DNA of 64,000 nt. It comes from an uncultured Bacteroidales bacterium. Its GTDB lineage: Bacteria; Bacteroidota; Bacteroidia; Bacteroidales; VadinHA17. Every line of letters begins with the position of its first letter. Positions within the stretch are counted from its first letter, which is position 1. Position numbers and translations under genes: made by a program. The notes below the pieces were generated by a model, which did not search any database, was not told the origin of the DNA, and saw only the letters and a program-made list of their open reading frames with translations. The stretch lies in contig CAWJQH010000004.1 in NCBI GenBank assembly GCA_963844935.1, forward strand, positions 236,307 through 300,306, read 5' to 3'. Positions 45,629 through 54,994 of the stretch are shown one piece after another.

Positions 45629-47620
45629 TCAGGGCTGATCTATCTCCTTTGAAAGTAAATCAGTTGCGATCGCTATCATCTCCGGCTTCCCTAACAGATA
45701 TACAATGTCATTTCCGGTTATTAAGGTTGTGGGTCCGGGGTTTGGAATGACAACGTCTCCCTGCTTTACTGCTACCATTGTAACACCGCAGGTTTTCCGG
45801 AGAGCTGTTTCTGCAATTGTTTTACCGGCAAAGACCGATTTTTCTCCAACCTTCACGGCAGCTATTTCAATATCCGGAATATCCTTGAGAAGTGAGTATC
45901 CTCCATCCTTGTCCTTTTCTCTGAAAATGCCGTAGTTATCCTCCCTTATCCGTGCTATTGCCCGTTCTATTTCTATCCTTGGGATGAGGTATTTACTAAG
46001 TATCCTTTCAAAGAAATCAATGGCCGTCTCAAATTCTTCGGGAATGACCTGCGTTGCACCGATGCGGTATAACTCCTCAATATCAGTAACATGCCTGGTT
46101 CGGACAATGATATAAGCATGCTTGTTCATCCTCCTGACATGCTCGACGATAGACATTGCCTTAATAAGGTCTCCCACCGAGACAATTACCATTTCTGCAG
46201 TATGTACATAAGCCTGCCGGAGAACAGGTTCATTGGTTGCATCCCCGAAAACTGCCAGGTTGCCGTTCTCTATCTGTTTGCGGGCACGGTCAGGATCAAA
46301 AATGATGGAGGTAAAGGGCAGTTCCATTTTTTTGACCATAGCCGCCAGGTTGATTGCCCTGGAATCTTTGCCTATAAGAACGATGTGGCTTTTAAGCTCA
46401 GGTATCTCAACCTGTTTCAGGGGGAAGAGTCCGTCGACGAGAAAAGGCGGAAGAGGCAGCTTGAGTATCAGGCCGGCTAATGGTCTTGAGATCTGTATCA
46501 GCATGGGAGAGAGAGCCATTGAAGTAATAGCCACAGAAAGGAAAAGCTGGTAGTGAGCGGGAGTTATAATAGCATTGGTCAGACCCAGCCTTGCAAGGAT
46601 GAATGAAAACTCACCCACCTGTGCCAGAGAGAGGCCGATGACCACGGTCCCGAAGAAGGTATGGCCAAGCGAGAATGCCGCAAAGCCTGCAACAATCGTT
46701 TTCAGGACTATCACCAGCAGCACGGTGGCTATCACGAGCCACGGATGATCATATACGAAGCCAAGGTCAAGGAGCATCCCAATTGAAACGAAGAAGAAGC
46801 TTGTAAAGACATCCTTGAAGGGTATCAGGTTGCCGAACGCGCTGTGACTGTACTCTGAGTCAGAGATCATCAGTCCGGCCAGGAACGCTCCGAAAGCAAG
46901 CGACATGCCCAGCTCATGGGTCAGCATAGCAACGGCAAGACAAAAGAGTAGAATGCTCATCAGAAAGAGCTCCTGGCTGTGAGTCATTGCTATCAGATGC
47001 AACAGCTTGGGCATCAGCCACCTGTTTCCTATATAAATGAAGATTATTATGCCTGTCGTCTTAAGCAACAGCATCAGCAATTCACTTCCGATATTTCCGG
47101 TTGCACCGCCCAGCATAGGAGTAAAAAGCAGCAGCGGTACAAGTATTATATCCTGGAAGATGAGTATCCCGACAATTGTTTTTCCATAATGAGTGGTAAG
47201 TTCAGAACGCTCCTGCAGGAGCTTCAGCACAACAGCCGTACTGCTGAGAGCCGTGAGAAAACCTACAAAAACAGACTCAGCCCACCCGAAATTATAGGCT
47301 CTGGCCACAAACAATGTGACACCTGCCGTGATCAGCAGCTGCATGAATCCGCCTAAAAAGACTATCCTGCGGATATTAAGAAGATGGTTGATCGAAAACT
47401 CAAGGCCGATTGTAAACATAAGCAGAATGACACCTATTTCTGCCATAACCTCGACATTCTCCGGTGAGTTTATAAGTGCCAGGAGATGAGGCCCGGCAAT
47501 GACGCCGGTAATAAGATAACCGATAATGGCAGGGACCTTGATCCTTGTAAAGATGAAGTTGACAAAGGTCGAAAGCGCAAATATTATGACGATATCTTTG
47601 AGAACCCCAAGTTCCATCAC
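45629..47620 (-). CDS. CPA2-family monovalent cation:proton antiporter with TrkA-N and TrkA-C (RCK) domains (Kef/YbaL-like)
   Basis: About 12 TM helices. HIVLIGKDSRAINLA (Rossmann-like). C-terminal TrkA-C-like ..AGKTIAETALRKTCGVTMVAVKQGD... Confidence 0.85.
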   Translation of the reverse strand: MMELGVLKDIVIIFALSTFVNFIFTRIKVPAIIGYLITGVIAGPHLLALINSPENVEVMAEIGVILLMFTIGLEFSINHLLNIRRIVFLGGFMQLLITAGVTLFVARAYNFGWAESVFVGFLTALSSTAVVLKLLQERSELTTHYGKTIVGILIFQDIILVPLLLFTPMLGGATGNIGSELLMLLLKTTGIIIFIYIGNRWLMPKLLHLIAMTHSQELFLMSILLFCLAVAMLTHELGMSLAFGAFLAGLMISDSEYSHSAFGNLIPFKDVFTSFFFVSIGMLLDLGFVYDHPWLVIATVLLVIVLKTIVAGFAAFSLGHTFFGTVVIGLSLAQVGEFSFILARLGLTNAIITPAHYQLFLSVAITSMALSPMLIQISRPLAGLILKLPLPPFLVDGLFPLKQVEIPELKSHIVLIGKDSRAINLAAMVKKMELPFTSIIFDPDRARKQIENGNLAVFGDATNEPVLRQAYVHTAEMVIVSVGDLIKAMSIVEHVRRMNKHAYIIVRTRHVTDIEELYRIGATQVIPEEFETAIDFFERILSKYLIPRIEIERAIARIREDNYGIFREKDKDGGYSLLKDIPDIEIAAVKVGEKSVFAGKTIAETALRKTCGVTMVAVKQGDVVIPNPGPTTLITGNDIVYLLGKPEMIAIATDLLSKEIDQP

Positions 47621-47665
47621 AGATTTTGTTATGGCTTTAAAGATAGAGAATCAGTCCGAGTGAGC

Positions 47666-47694
47666 AAAAAAAATCCCGGCAGGTTATACCGGGA
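47666..47694 (-). terminator. intrinsic terminator (minus strand) after the PadR/PspC module
   Basis: Minus strand reads TCCCGG-TATAACCTG-CCGGGA followed by TTTTTTTT. Confidence 0.8.
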
Positions 47695-47737
47695 TGGAAC
47701 AGGCAAAAATCCGTGGGTGCAGATATAGTGCCTTTCT

Positions 47738-49003
47738 TTATTCTGATATCTCTGTTAGCTGACCTTCTTCAATGCGAAAGACTCCCGTACCGTTTAAGTT
47801 GTGAACATGAAACTGCCATTTTGACAAAGAGGTTTCCGGGGCACATCTCACTTCTGTACCTTCCGGTAGACCCAGGTCGATATCGACAAGGGAACCGTTC
47901 CATTTGCTGCCTGCCGGAAGTGAAAAGAACTCATCAAGATAGAGGGTGTCACCCGAAAATTTCCAATTATAATCAATAAGACGGGCATTTGTCCAGGCTT
48001 CGTCATTTGAGTTACTGCTCGCGCGCTTCTCCACAGAGATCCATCCGGAGGTGGTGTCGCTTCCGTAAATATTCAGGTCCGCCGTGGCATAAAGCCTTCC
48101 GTCCGGTGAATTGCGGTAGAATGTAAAGTGGTCAACGGTGGCTGTTTCATCATATCTGATGTCCGAGATATTTCTTAACGGAGCGATCCATAATATCTTC
48201 GGCGGAGCCTCAAGACCCATCTTCTTTTCAATACGCTCACTGTTCGAATAAACAGAGAGCTGAAGGCCCAGGAACACACCAAGGCAGCATAAGGAAGCAA
48301 ACCAGATCACGGTCATTACTATCGTTAAAACCCTGAGCCTCGTTTTGATATTGAAGATCATCTTGATGCCGAGATAGGTAAGGGCTATCAGCGGGATCAG
48401 AATAACGAGGGCAGTCAGAATGATTACCGGCCATACCATATTGCTGTTCAGTACTATGGAGAGCAGCGTATTAATGTTTGTCATTCCCGGTTCCATCGCT
48501 GAAGCGAGGAAGGGTGCATCATGGAAGAAAAGTACCATTGCAAATGAGAAGAGAAGAACAAATCCGATAATGGTAAATATTACTCCAAAGAATATGGCAA
48601 GCACCCTGAAAATTGCAGACAGCACTTTTCCCAGTGCTCCGAAAAAACCTGCGAGGGCTTTGCCGGTACGGGCAGAAAGGCTGTTTGGGTCGTACATCGA
48701 CTTGCGGGTAGTGAAGGCAGTGCTGTCACGGTTCACGCTGTTATCGTCATAATAGTCCTCCGGAGCGCCCATTGTATTAATCATGTCACTGACCATCTCT
48801 TTCGATACAAGTACCGGCGGTTCCTTTCCTCCGCCGAAGATCTCGGCTATACGCAATTCAATATCGGCAAGTGTCTCATCGCCTCCCTGTTCTTTGCGGA
48901 ACCTGGTGGCTACATGGTTCAGGTAGTGTGTCAGAATCTCCCAGGCGTCCTCATCAATACGGAAGAGTTGTCCGGCAATATTGATATTCATTGTTTTTTT
49001 CAT
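47738..49003 (-). CDS. membrane protein of the PadR/PspC module (N-terminal domain paralogous to the PspC-domain protein; beta-rich C-terminal domain)
   Basis: MKKTMNINIAGQLFRIDEDAWEILTHYLNHV..IELRIAEIFGG parallels the N-terminus of ORF 49382..49963. Four TM helices. Confidence 0.65.
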   Translation of the reverse strand: MKKTMNINIAGQLFRIDEDAWEILTHYLNHVATRFRKEQGGDETLADIELRIAEIFGGGKEPPVLVSKEMVSDMINTMGAPEDYYDDNSVNRDSTAFTTRKSMYDPNSLSARTGKALAGFFGALGKVLSAIFRVLAIFFGVIFTIIGFVLLFSFAMVLFFHDAPFLASAMEPGMTNINTLLSIVLNSNMVWPVIILTALVILIPLIALTYLGIKMIFNIKTRLRVLTIVMTVIWFASLCCLGVFLGLQLSVYSNSERIEKKMGLEAPPKILWIAPLRNISDIRYDETATVDHFTFYRNSPDGRLYATADLNIYGSDTTSGWISVEKRASSNSNDEAWTNARLIDYNWKFSGDTLYLDEFFSLPAGSKWNGSLVDIDLGLPEGTEVRCAPETSLSKWQFHVHNLNGTGVFRIEEGQLTEISE

Positions 49004-49012
49004 GGCTGCCTC

Positions 49013-49342
49013 TTATTTCTTGTCCCGTATCTGATTGACTGATTCTACAAGCGCTTCCCACGATTTATCAAGCTCATTGAGATAGATTTTTCCCACTTCG
49101 GTGAGCTCATAATACTTGCGTGGCGGCCCCTGAGGCGATTCCTCCCAGCGATAACTGAGCAACCCTGCATTCTTCTGTCTTGTCAGCAGGGGATAGAGCG
49201 TTCCTTCAACAACAATCACCTCGGCTTTTTTGAGCTCATTGATGATGTCTACTGCATAGCATGAGTTTCTTGAAAGCACCGCCAGTATGCAGTACTCAAG
49301 AATTCCCTTGCGCATTTGTGCTTTTGTGTTGTCCGTATTCAT
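49013..49342 (-). CDS. PadR-family transcriptional regulator
   Basis: ..MRKGILEYCILAVLSR..YAVDIINEL......VVEGTLYPLLTRQKNAGLL..W.....PPRKYYELTEVG.., 109 aa. Confidence 0.9.
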   Translation of the reverse strand: MNTDNTKAQMRKGILEYCILAVLSRNSCYAVDIINELKKAEVIVVEGTLYPLLTRQKNAGLLSYRWEESPQGPPRKYYELTEVGKIYLNELDKSWEALVESVNQIRDKK

Positions 49343-49381
49343 GGCAATTTCTGTTTTATCTGCGTAGAAATATTAATGACA

Positions 49382-49963
49382 TTAAAGCTTCATTTTCTCT
49401 TTGACGGTCTCAAACTCCTGTTTTACAGAATCTTTGATGTTCTCAATCGTCACCGGGTCACCTCTCATCTCAAGCTTCTGGGCTGTGGTCTTTGCTTCCG
49501 GAACTATGATCCACAGGATCAGGTACAGGGCGACCCCAAACCCTCCGGCAATTACCAGTGCGACAAAAATCACCCTCCAGATCAGGGGATCCCAGTTGAA
49601 ATATGCCCCGAGGCCGGCGCATACACCTCCGATGATCCTTCCGTCAGGATCACGGTAGATCCTTCTCGGCGACCTCCCGGAACGTTCTTCAGAGGCTCCG
49701 CTTCCGCTGATGACCTCCGGAGCGCCAAGGATAGCCATCACCTCTTCAACATCTTTCATCGTGATCACCTGTTTGTAACCGGTAAGCCTTGATTTGAACA
49801 ACTCGGCTATCCGTCCCTCAATATCAGACATGATCTCTGCTGCGCTGGACTCACCTGAAAACTCCTTCTCAAGACTTTTCATGTATTGACGGAGGCGGTC
49901 ATAAGCATCTTCATCAACATTAAATGCATAGCCCCCGAGGTTGATGTTAACTGTTAGTTTCAT
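49382..49963 (-). CDS. PspC-domain membrane protein
   Basis: ATG 49963 (MKLTVNINLGGYAFNVDEDAY..). PspC domain RIYRDPDGRIIGGVCAGLGAYFNWDPLIWRVIFVAL. Confidence 0.8.
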   Translation of the reverse strand: MKLTVNINLGGYAFNVDEDAYDRLRQYMKSLEKEFSGESSAAEIMSDIEGRIAELFKSRLTGYKQVITMKDVEEVMAILGAPEVISGSGASEERSGRSPRRIYRDPDGRIIGGVCAGLGAYFNWDPLIWRVIFVALVIAGGFGVALYLILWIIVPEAKTTAQKLEMRGDPVTIENIKDSVKQEFETVKEKMKL

Positions 49964-50144
49964 TGTCTTAATTATAAGGTATCTGTTAATACATACTATT
50001 ATTGTAATGCAAATATATATATTTATTTTAATACTATGCAATACATAGATGTATTTTTTTAAGAATATTTTATTTTTTTTATTAACAGCCCTGAAATGGG
50101 CATGTAACGGGTTACATCAATAATCGTTAACTTTATCAAAATTC

Positions 50145-51137
50145 ATGACAATGAAAGCATATAACTGGGGAATTCTCGGAACCGGCAATATTGCACATAA
50201 GTTTACCAGGGCGCTGATGTTGCTCGATAATGCACATCTTCAGGCGGTTGGATCACGGGACGCCGTGAGGGCTGAAAAATTCGCGGCTGAGTTTGGCTTT
50301 AAATCCCACTACGGCAGTTATGAGGAGACGGTTGCGGATCCTGCCGTGGACGTAGTCTATATCTCTTCACCTCACTCACATCATCTCCAGCATACCATTC
50401 TTGCACTCCGGAACGGAAAGCATGTTATCTGCGAAAAGCCGATGTCAATAACCGCCGACGAGGTTAAGGTGATGGCAGACGAAGCTAAAAAGCTGGGACT
50501 GTTTCTTATGGAGGCGTTATGGCCTCCTTTTCAGCCCTCTTATCTGAAGGCTTCAGCGATCCTCGACAGTGGAAAGATGGGCAGGCTGGTGCATATGAGC
50601 GGAAAGTTCGCCTTTTTGTCGCCCTATGATCCGGAACTCAGGACATATAATCTGAAGCTTGGGGGCGGTTCGCTGCTTGACATAGGAATTTATCCCGTTA
50701 TGGACATCCTTCGATATATGGGTGAGCCTGAGACAATAGTGGCCTCTTCCGTTCTCTCCCCCACGGGCGCTGATGAGAGCACCTCCGTAATTTTTAAATT
50801 CAGTGACGGCAGGCTTGCGGAAGCGCACAGTTCATTCTCAAGCATGGCCGGTGTATCGACGGAATTCAACTGTGAGAAGGGTAATCTGATCCTTTCACGC
50901 GGAAGAGACCGTTCTCAGCATCTTTTCATAGAATTTCCGAATGACACGGAAGACAGGGTTTTCACACCGCCGGCCCAGGGTTATCAGCATGAAGCCGTGG
51001 AGGTGATGAACTGTCTTGATAAAGGGCTGACGGAGAGCCCCGTGGTACCGCTCTCTTTCACGCTCACTCTTGCCAGGACCCTTGATGCGATAAGAAAAAA
51101 GACCGGCATAAAGTACCCGGGACGCGATAAGAAATGA
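50145..51137 (+). CDS. Gfo/Idh/MocA-family NAD(P)-dependent oxidoreductase
   Basis: YNWGILGTGNIAHKF Rossmann start and ..VICEKPM.. motif. 330 aa. Confidence 0.85.
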   Translation: MTMKAYNWGILGTGNIAHKFTRALMLLDNAHLQAVGSRDAVRAEKFAAEFGFKSHYGSYEETVADPAVDVVYISSPHSHHLQHTILALRNGKHVICEKPMSITADEVKVMADEAKKLGLFLMEALWPPFQPSYLKASAILDSGKMGRLVHMSGKFAFLSPYDPELRTYNLKLGGGSLLDIGIYPVMDILRYMGEPETIVASSVLSPTGADESTSVIFKFSDGRLAEAHSSFSSMAGVSTEFNCEKGNLILSRGRDRSQHLFIEFPNDTEDRVFTPPAQGYQHEAVEVMNCLDKGLTESPVVPLSFTLTLARTLDAIRKKTGIKYPGRDKK

Positions 51138-51156
51138 TGACAGGGGAGCTGCTGTT

Positions 51157-51822
51157 ATGGAAGAACGATCAGCCGCACCGGAAAAGAAGCGTTTGCTTCT
51201 GAGCATGCTCATCCCTTTTATTTTCATCTCCCTGATGTGGCTTGTCAGGGCTGTTGAAGTGATTTTTGAGATTGACCTGTATTTCCTTGGTATCTTTCCC
51301 CTGAAAGCCTCGTCGGTTACCGGCATTATCACATCGCCTTTCATCCATGCCGACGTGAGGCACCTTTTCAACAACACAATTCCCCTGTTTGTCCTTGGAA
51401 CAGCCCTCTTCTACTTTTATTCGCAGGTCTCTTTCCGGGTCCTGCTGTGGCTCTTCCTGTTAACGGGCCTCTCTGTATGGATCACCGGCAGGCCTTCGTG
51501 GCATATAGGGGCAAGCGGCATCATTTACGGTCTTGCCTCCTTTCTGTTTGTCAGCGGCATAATTCGCCGCCATATTCCGCTTATGGGCCTTTCCCTGCTG
51601 GTGGTGTTCCTTTACGGCGAATTGGTATGGGGTATATTCCCCGGCTTCAGGATGGATATCTCGTGGGAATCGCACATGCTTGGGGCAGTCGTGGGGCTGT
51701 TCCTGGCAGCCTGGTATCGGGCCGAGGGCCCCCAGCGCCCGGTTCCCTTTTATGAAAACGAGGAGGAGGAGGCAGGAGGCGAGGAAGAAAATGGCAACGG
51801 CGGTGAGAATCAAAAAGATTAA
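51157..51822 (+). CDS. rhomboid-family intramembrane serine protease
   Basis: Six TM helices, HADVRHLFNN, catalytic GASGIIYGL, later His (SHMLGAVVG). Confidence 0.8.
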   Translation: MEERSAAPEKKRLLLSMLIPFIFISLMWLVRAVEVIFEIDLYFLGIFPLKASSVTGIITSPFIHADVRHLFNNTIPLFVLGTALFYFYSQVSFRVLLWLFLLTGLSVWITGRPSWHIGASGIIYGLASFLFVSGIIRRHIPLMGLSLLVVFLYGELVWGIFPGFRMDISWESHMLGAVVGLFLAAWYRAEGPQRPVPFYENEEEEAGGEEENGNGGENQKD

Positions 51823-51863
51823 TTGCTATTTTTAACCCCTGAAACCAACCTAACCCTCCAGTT

Positions 51864-53459
51864 ATGTATGTCAGAACTGGTACTCCGGCATTTGATGAGC
51901 TCATTCCCAGGATAATCCGTTTCCTTGAGCAGGATCTTCTTGAAGTAAATATCGACGGTGAAAAGATAAGAGGCTACCGCTCCCCTGATGCCCGGTCCAT
52001 CTGGATAAGGAACTATTCAGACATGATGAGGGCTCTCCGCTATTCCGAGGCAGACCTGAAAAGCACCATAAGGCATTTTGCTGACAACCAGGCACGAAAC
52101 GGCCGTATCTTCGACTATTTCACAACCTTTCCCGAGAAGCTTCCCTGCGAACGCGAGAACTGGACCAAATACGTCAGGACACCCGTGGAGGCAGACACCG
52201 AGTTCAGGTTCATCAAGGCAGCCTGGCTGGCGTGGCAGGCTACCGGCGACGATGCCTTCATCAAAGAGCTGATACCGTCATTTGAAAAGGCCCTCGGTTA
52301 CGTGATGGGCGGACGTTATTTCGATAAGGATAAGTATCTTTTCCGCAGGCCTTATACAATTGACACATGGGACTTCGCCTATACGGCCGGCCAGCATGAC
52401 TGGCTTCAGTTCCAGATAGATGACAAGACCTTCTGGGGTTACTTCCACGGTGACAACAGCGGTTATTACGAGGCTTTTCACTTCATGTCATACTGGTATG
52501 ACATGTTCGGCGACAAGATCAGGTCGGCCAAATGGCGCGACCGTGCCATGAAACTGCGCAAGAGCATGAACAGCATCTGTTTCAACGGCTCGTTCTATAC
52601 TCATTTTGTAAAACAGACCCCTGTGACAATTGACGGCGTCGACGAGGCATCACAGCTCAGCCTGAGTAACCCTGCAGCCATCAACAGGGGTGCTGCTACG
52701 CCTCATATTGCAGCATCAATAATCAATGAATACATGAAGCGTCGTGAGACCACTTCAGCTTTTGCAGAGTGGTTCTCGATCGATCCGCCGTTCCCGTCAG
52801 GTATTTTTGGCGATTATAAGCTGTCGGGAGGCGCTTACTGCAACGGCGGCATCATGCCGCTGACAGGTGGTGAACTGGCCCGCGCTGCCCTTGAGTACGG
52901 TTATGAGCAGTACGGTATTGATATCCTGATGCGTTATTACGACCTGATTTCCCGGAACGGGGAGACCTATCTGTGGTATTTCCCTGACGGAAAGCCTTCT
53001 ACAGTGGAGAGAAGCACATCACCGGAAGCCAAGCCGACAGACGGCTGGGGATCGTCGGCAATGCTCTATGCTTTTGTTGAGGGCCTCGTTGGCATACAGG
53101 ATAAAGACAAGCTCTTTAAAAGAATACGGATATGCCCGAGATGGAGTGCCGCAGGAATTGAAAAGGCTGAAGTAAACGTGGATTATAAAAGCTCCGGTGC
53201 CTGCGTGAAATATATCTACAGCCAGACGGCAGAGAAAATGACAATCAAGCTCTCAGGGAGCTATGAATATATTCAACTGTCTCTTCCCGTGCCTGCTAAT
53301 TACATTGCCGGCGACCTTTTAATTGGCGGGAAGAAGAAAAAGTACCTTTTATCAGGCATTAACAAGAGTACATATGTTACAACTGATGCTGATATCAGCG
53401 GAGAATGTGAGATCATCCTGAAACTCAAGAGAAAAACCCTTGTCCGGAAAGTAAACTGA
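51864..53459 (+). CDS. hypothetical cytoplasmic protein, possibly (alpha/alpha)6 glycosidase-like
   Basis: Long uninterrupted 531-aa ORF with no signal peptide. The helical-repeat N-terminal half with W/Y/D-rich motifs is only weakly suggestive. Confidence 0.5.
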   Translation: MYVRTGTPAFDELIPRIIRFLEQDLLEVNIDGEKIRGYRSPDARSIWIRNYSDMMRALRYSEADLKSTIRHFADNQARNGRIFDYFTTFPEKLPCERENWTKYVRTPVEADTEFRFIKAAWLAWQATGDDAFIKELIPSFEKALGYVMGGRYFDKDKYLFRRPYTIDTWDFAYTAGQHDWLQFQIDDKTFWGYFHGDNSGYYEAFHFMSYWYDMFGDKIRSAKWRDRAMKLRKSMNSICFNGSFYTHFVKQTPVTIDGVDEASQLSLSNPAAINRGAATPHIAASIINEYMKRRETTSAFAEWFSIDPPFPSGIFGDYKLSGGAYCNGGIMPLTGGELARAALEYGYEQYGIDILMRYYDLISRNGETYLWYFPDGKPSTVERSTSPEAKPTDGWGSSAMLYAFVEGLVGIQDKDKLFKRIRICPRWSAAGIEKAEVNVDYKSSGACVKYIYSQTAEKMTIKLSGSYEYIQLSLPVPANYIAGDLLIGGKKKKYLLSGINKSTYVTTDADISGECEIILKLKRKTLVRKVN

Positions 53460-53463
53460 CAAT

Positions 53464-54243
53464 ATGAATCAGAAACCAGTAGCTATAATTACAGGAGCAA
53501 GCAGGGGCATAGGCCGCGCCATCTCACTTGCACTTGCTTCCGAAGGTTATGATATTGTCGCCATCGGCCGCACCCCTGACAGCGAGTGCATGATTTCACT
53601 TCAGCCTGAAATTGAAAAGCTTGGAGCTGCTTTCTTCCCCATCGGCCTTGATATTGCACACACATCTTTTCATGATGAGGCTATCTCAAGCATCCTGGAG
53701 CGTTACGGACGGATAGACCTGCTGGTGAACAACGCCGGGGTTGGCCCCATAGAGCGCAAGGACCTGCTTGAACTTGAGGAGGAGGACTTTGACCGTGTTA
53801 CACATGTGAACCTGCGGGGCCCTGTGTTTTTTGCCAGGAAAGTCGCAAGGGAGATGATATGGATAAAGGAACAGATCAGGGACTACAGGCCCTCGATAAT
53901 GTTCGTGACATCATTCCTTGCCTACACATCATTTACAACCGGCATCGAGTTTTGCATATCAAAGGCAGGCCTCAGCATGGCTGCACAGGTCTTTGCCGAC
54001 AGGCTGACGGAAGAAGGAATAAATGTTTATGAAATAAGACCCGGCCTGATCGAGACGGACCTGACCCACAGAAGCAAGGACAGGTTTGACAAACTCATTG
54101 CTGAAGGCCTTATTCCTCAGAAGAGGTGGGGCACACCTGAAGATGTTGCCAGGGCCGTAGCCTCGCTTGCCAGAGGTGACTGGCAGTTCTCTTCCGGGAC
54201 CGTTTTTGAGGTCAGCGGAGGCATGAACATCAAAAGCCTCTGA
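53464..54243 (+). CDS. short-chain dehydrogenase/reductase (SDR)
   Basis: AIITGASRGIGRAI, NNAG, YxxxK-like region (..FCISKAGL..). Confidence 0.85.
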   Translation: MNQKPVAIITGASRGIGRAISLALASEGYDIVAIGRTPDSECMISLQPEIEKLGAAFFPIGLDIAHTSFHDEAISSILERYGRIDLLVNNAGVGPIERKDLLELEEEDFDRVTHVNLRGPVFFARKVAREMIWIKEQIRDYRPSIMFVTSFLAYTSFTTGIEFCISKAGLSMAAQVFADRLTEEGINVYEIRPGLIETDLTHRSKDRFDKLIAEGLIPQKRWGTPEDVARAVASLARGDWQFSSGTVFEVSGGMNIKSL

Positions 54244-54351
54244 TAATAAGCCACAGAGACAATCTGAGATCTCCCGGGATCATTTTATTCAACTTTTGTT
54301 GAACAAAATGCCACCTTTCGTGGTTCTATCTGAAACTTAAACAGAATTAAA

Positions 54352-54936
54352 ATGAAAAAGACAAGTTTAATAGTACTTATAACAGTATTGATTGTTCTCC
54401 CTTTAAGCGCCCAGAAGAAATATGCTGCTGATCCTTCAGCAACACAGATTACCTGGACCGGGAAGAAGCTTGGTAAAGAACATTTCGGAACGATAAACCT
54501 GAAGGAAGGCGTTATACACATCGATAACAATGCCATTACAGGAGGAGAGTTCCATGTTGACATGACGACTATTAAAAACATTGACGTCGAAGACGAAAAG
54601 ATGAACGGAATGCTTATTGGTCATCTCAAATCAGATGATTTCTTTGGTGTTGAAAACCATCCGGCAGCTAAGCTCGTCCTTACCGGCGGCGGCAAATTTG
54701 AAAACGGAACCGCCACGGTTAAAGGCGCCATGACTATCAAGGGAAAAACCAATCCCGTTGAGTTCACAGTTAAGGAGGCTTCCATGGGAAGCGTAAAAAC
54801 CTATAAGGCTGTTATAACCGTTGACCGCTCACTCTTTGATGTCAGGTACGGCTCAGGCAAGTTCTTCACGGACCTGGGAGACAAAGCCATCAGTGATGAG
54901 TTTACCCTCGAGGTAACACTTGTAGCAAAATCGTAA
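54352..54936 (+). CDS. YceI-family periplasmic (polyisoprenoid-binding) protein
   Basis: Signal peptide. ..ITWTGKKLGKEHFGTINLKEG.. and ..HLKSDDFFGVENHP.. are typical YceI motifs. Confidence 0.8.
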   Translation: MKKTSLIVLITVLIVLPLSAQKKYAADPSATQITWTGKKLGKEHFGTINLKEGVIHIDNNAITGGEFHVDMTTIKNIDVEDEKMNGMLIGHLKSDDFFGVENHPAAKLVLTGGGKFENGTATVKGAMTIKGKTNPVEFTVKEASMGSVKTYKAVITVDRSLFDVRYGSGKFFTDLGDKAISDEFTLEVTLVAKS

Positions 54937-54954
54937 CGGGTAATCCGGACTTTT

Positions 54955-54993
54955 ACTCCCTCGTCTTCATGCATGAAGGCTGAGGGAGTTTTT
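54955..54993. terminator. bidirectional terminator between convergent genes
   Basis: ACTCCCTC-GTCTTCATGCATGAAGGCT-GAGGGAGT followed by TTTTT. Confidence 0.75.
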
Positions 54994-54994
54994 G

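Noticed and set aside
26394-45629. Recurrent AGGGGAT heptamer (26394, 42400, 42421, 45583, 45622)
   Set aside because: A given 7-mer is expected about 8 times in 64 kb counting both strands, so beyond the two G4 tracts this is compatible with chance.
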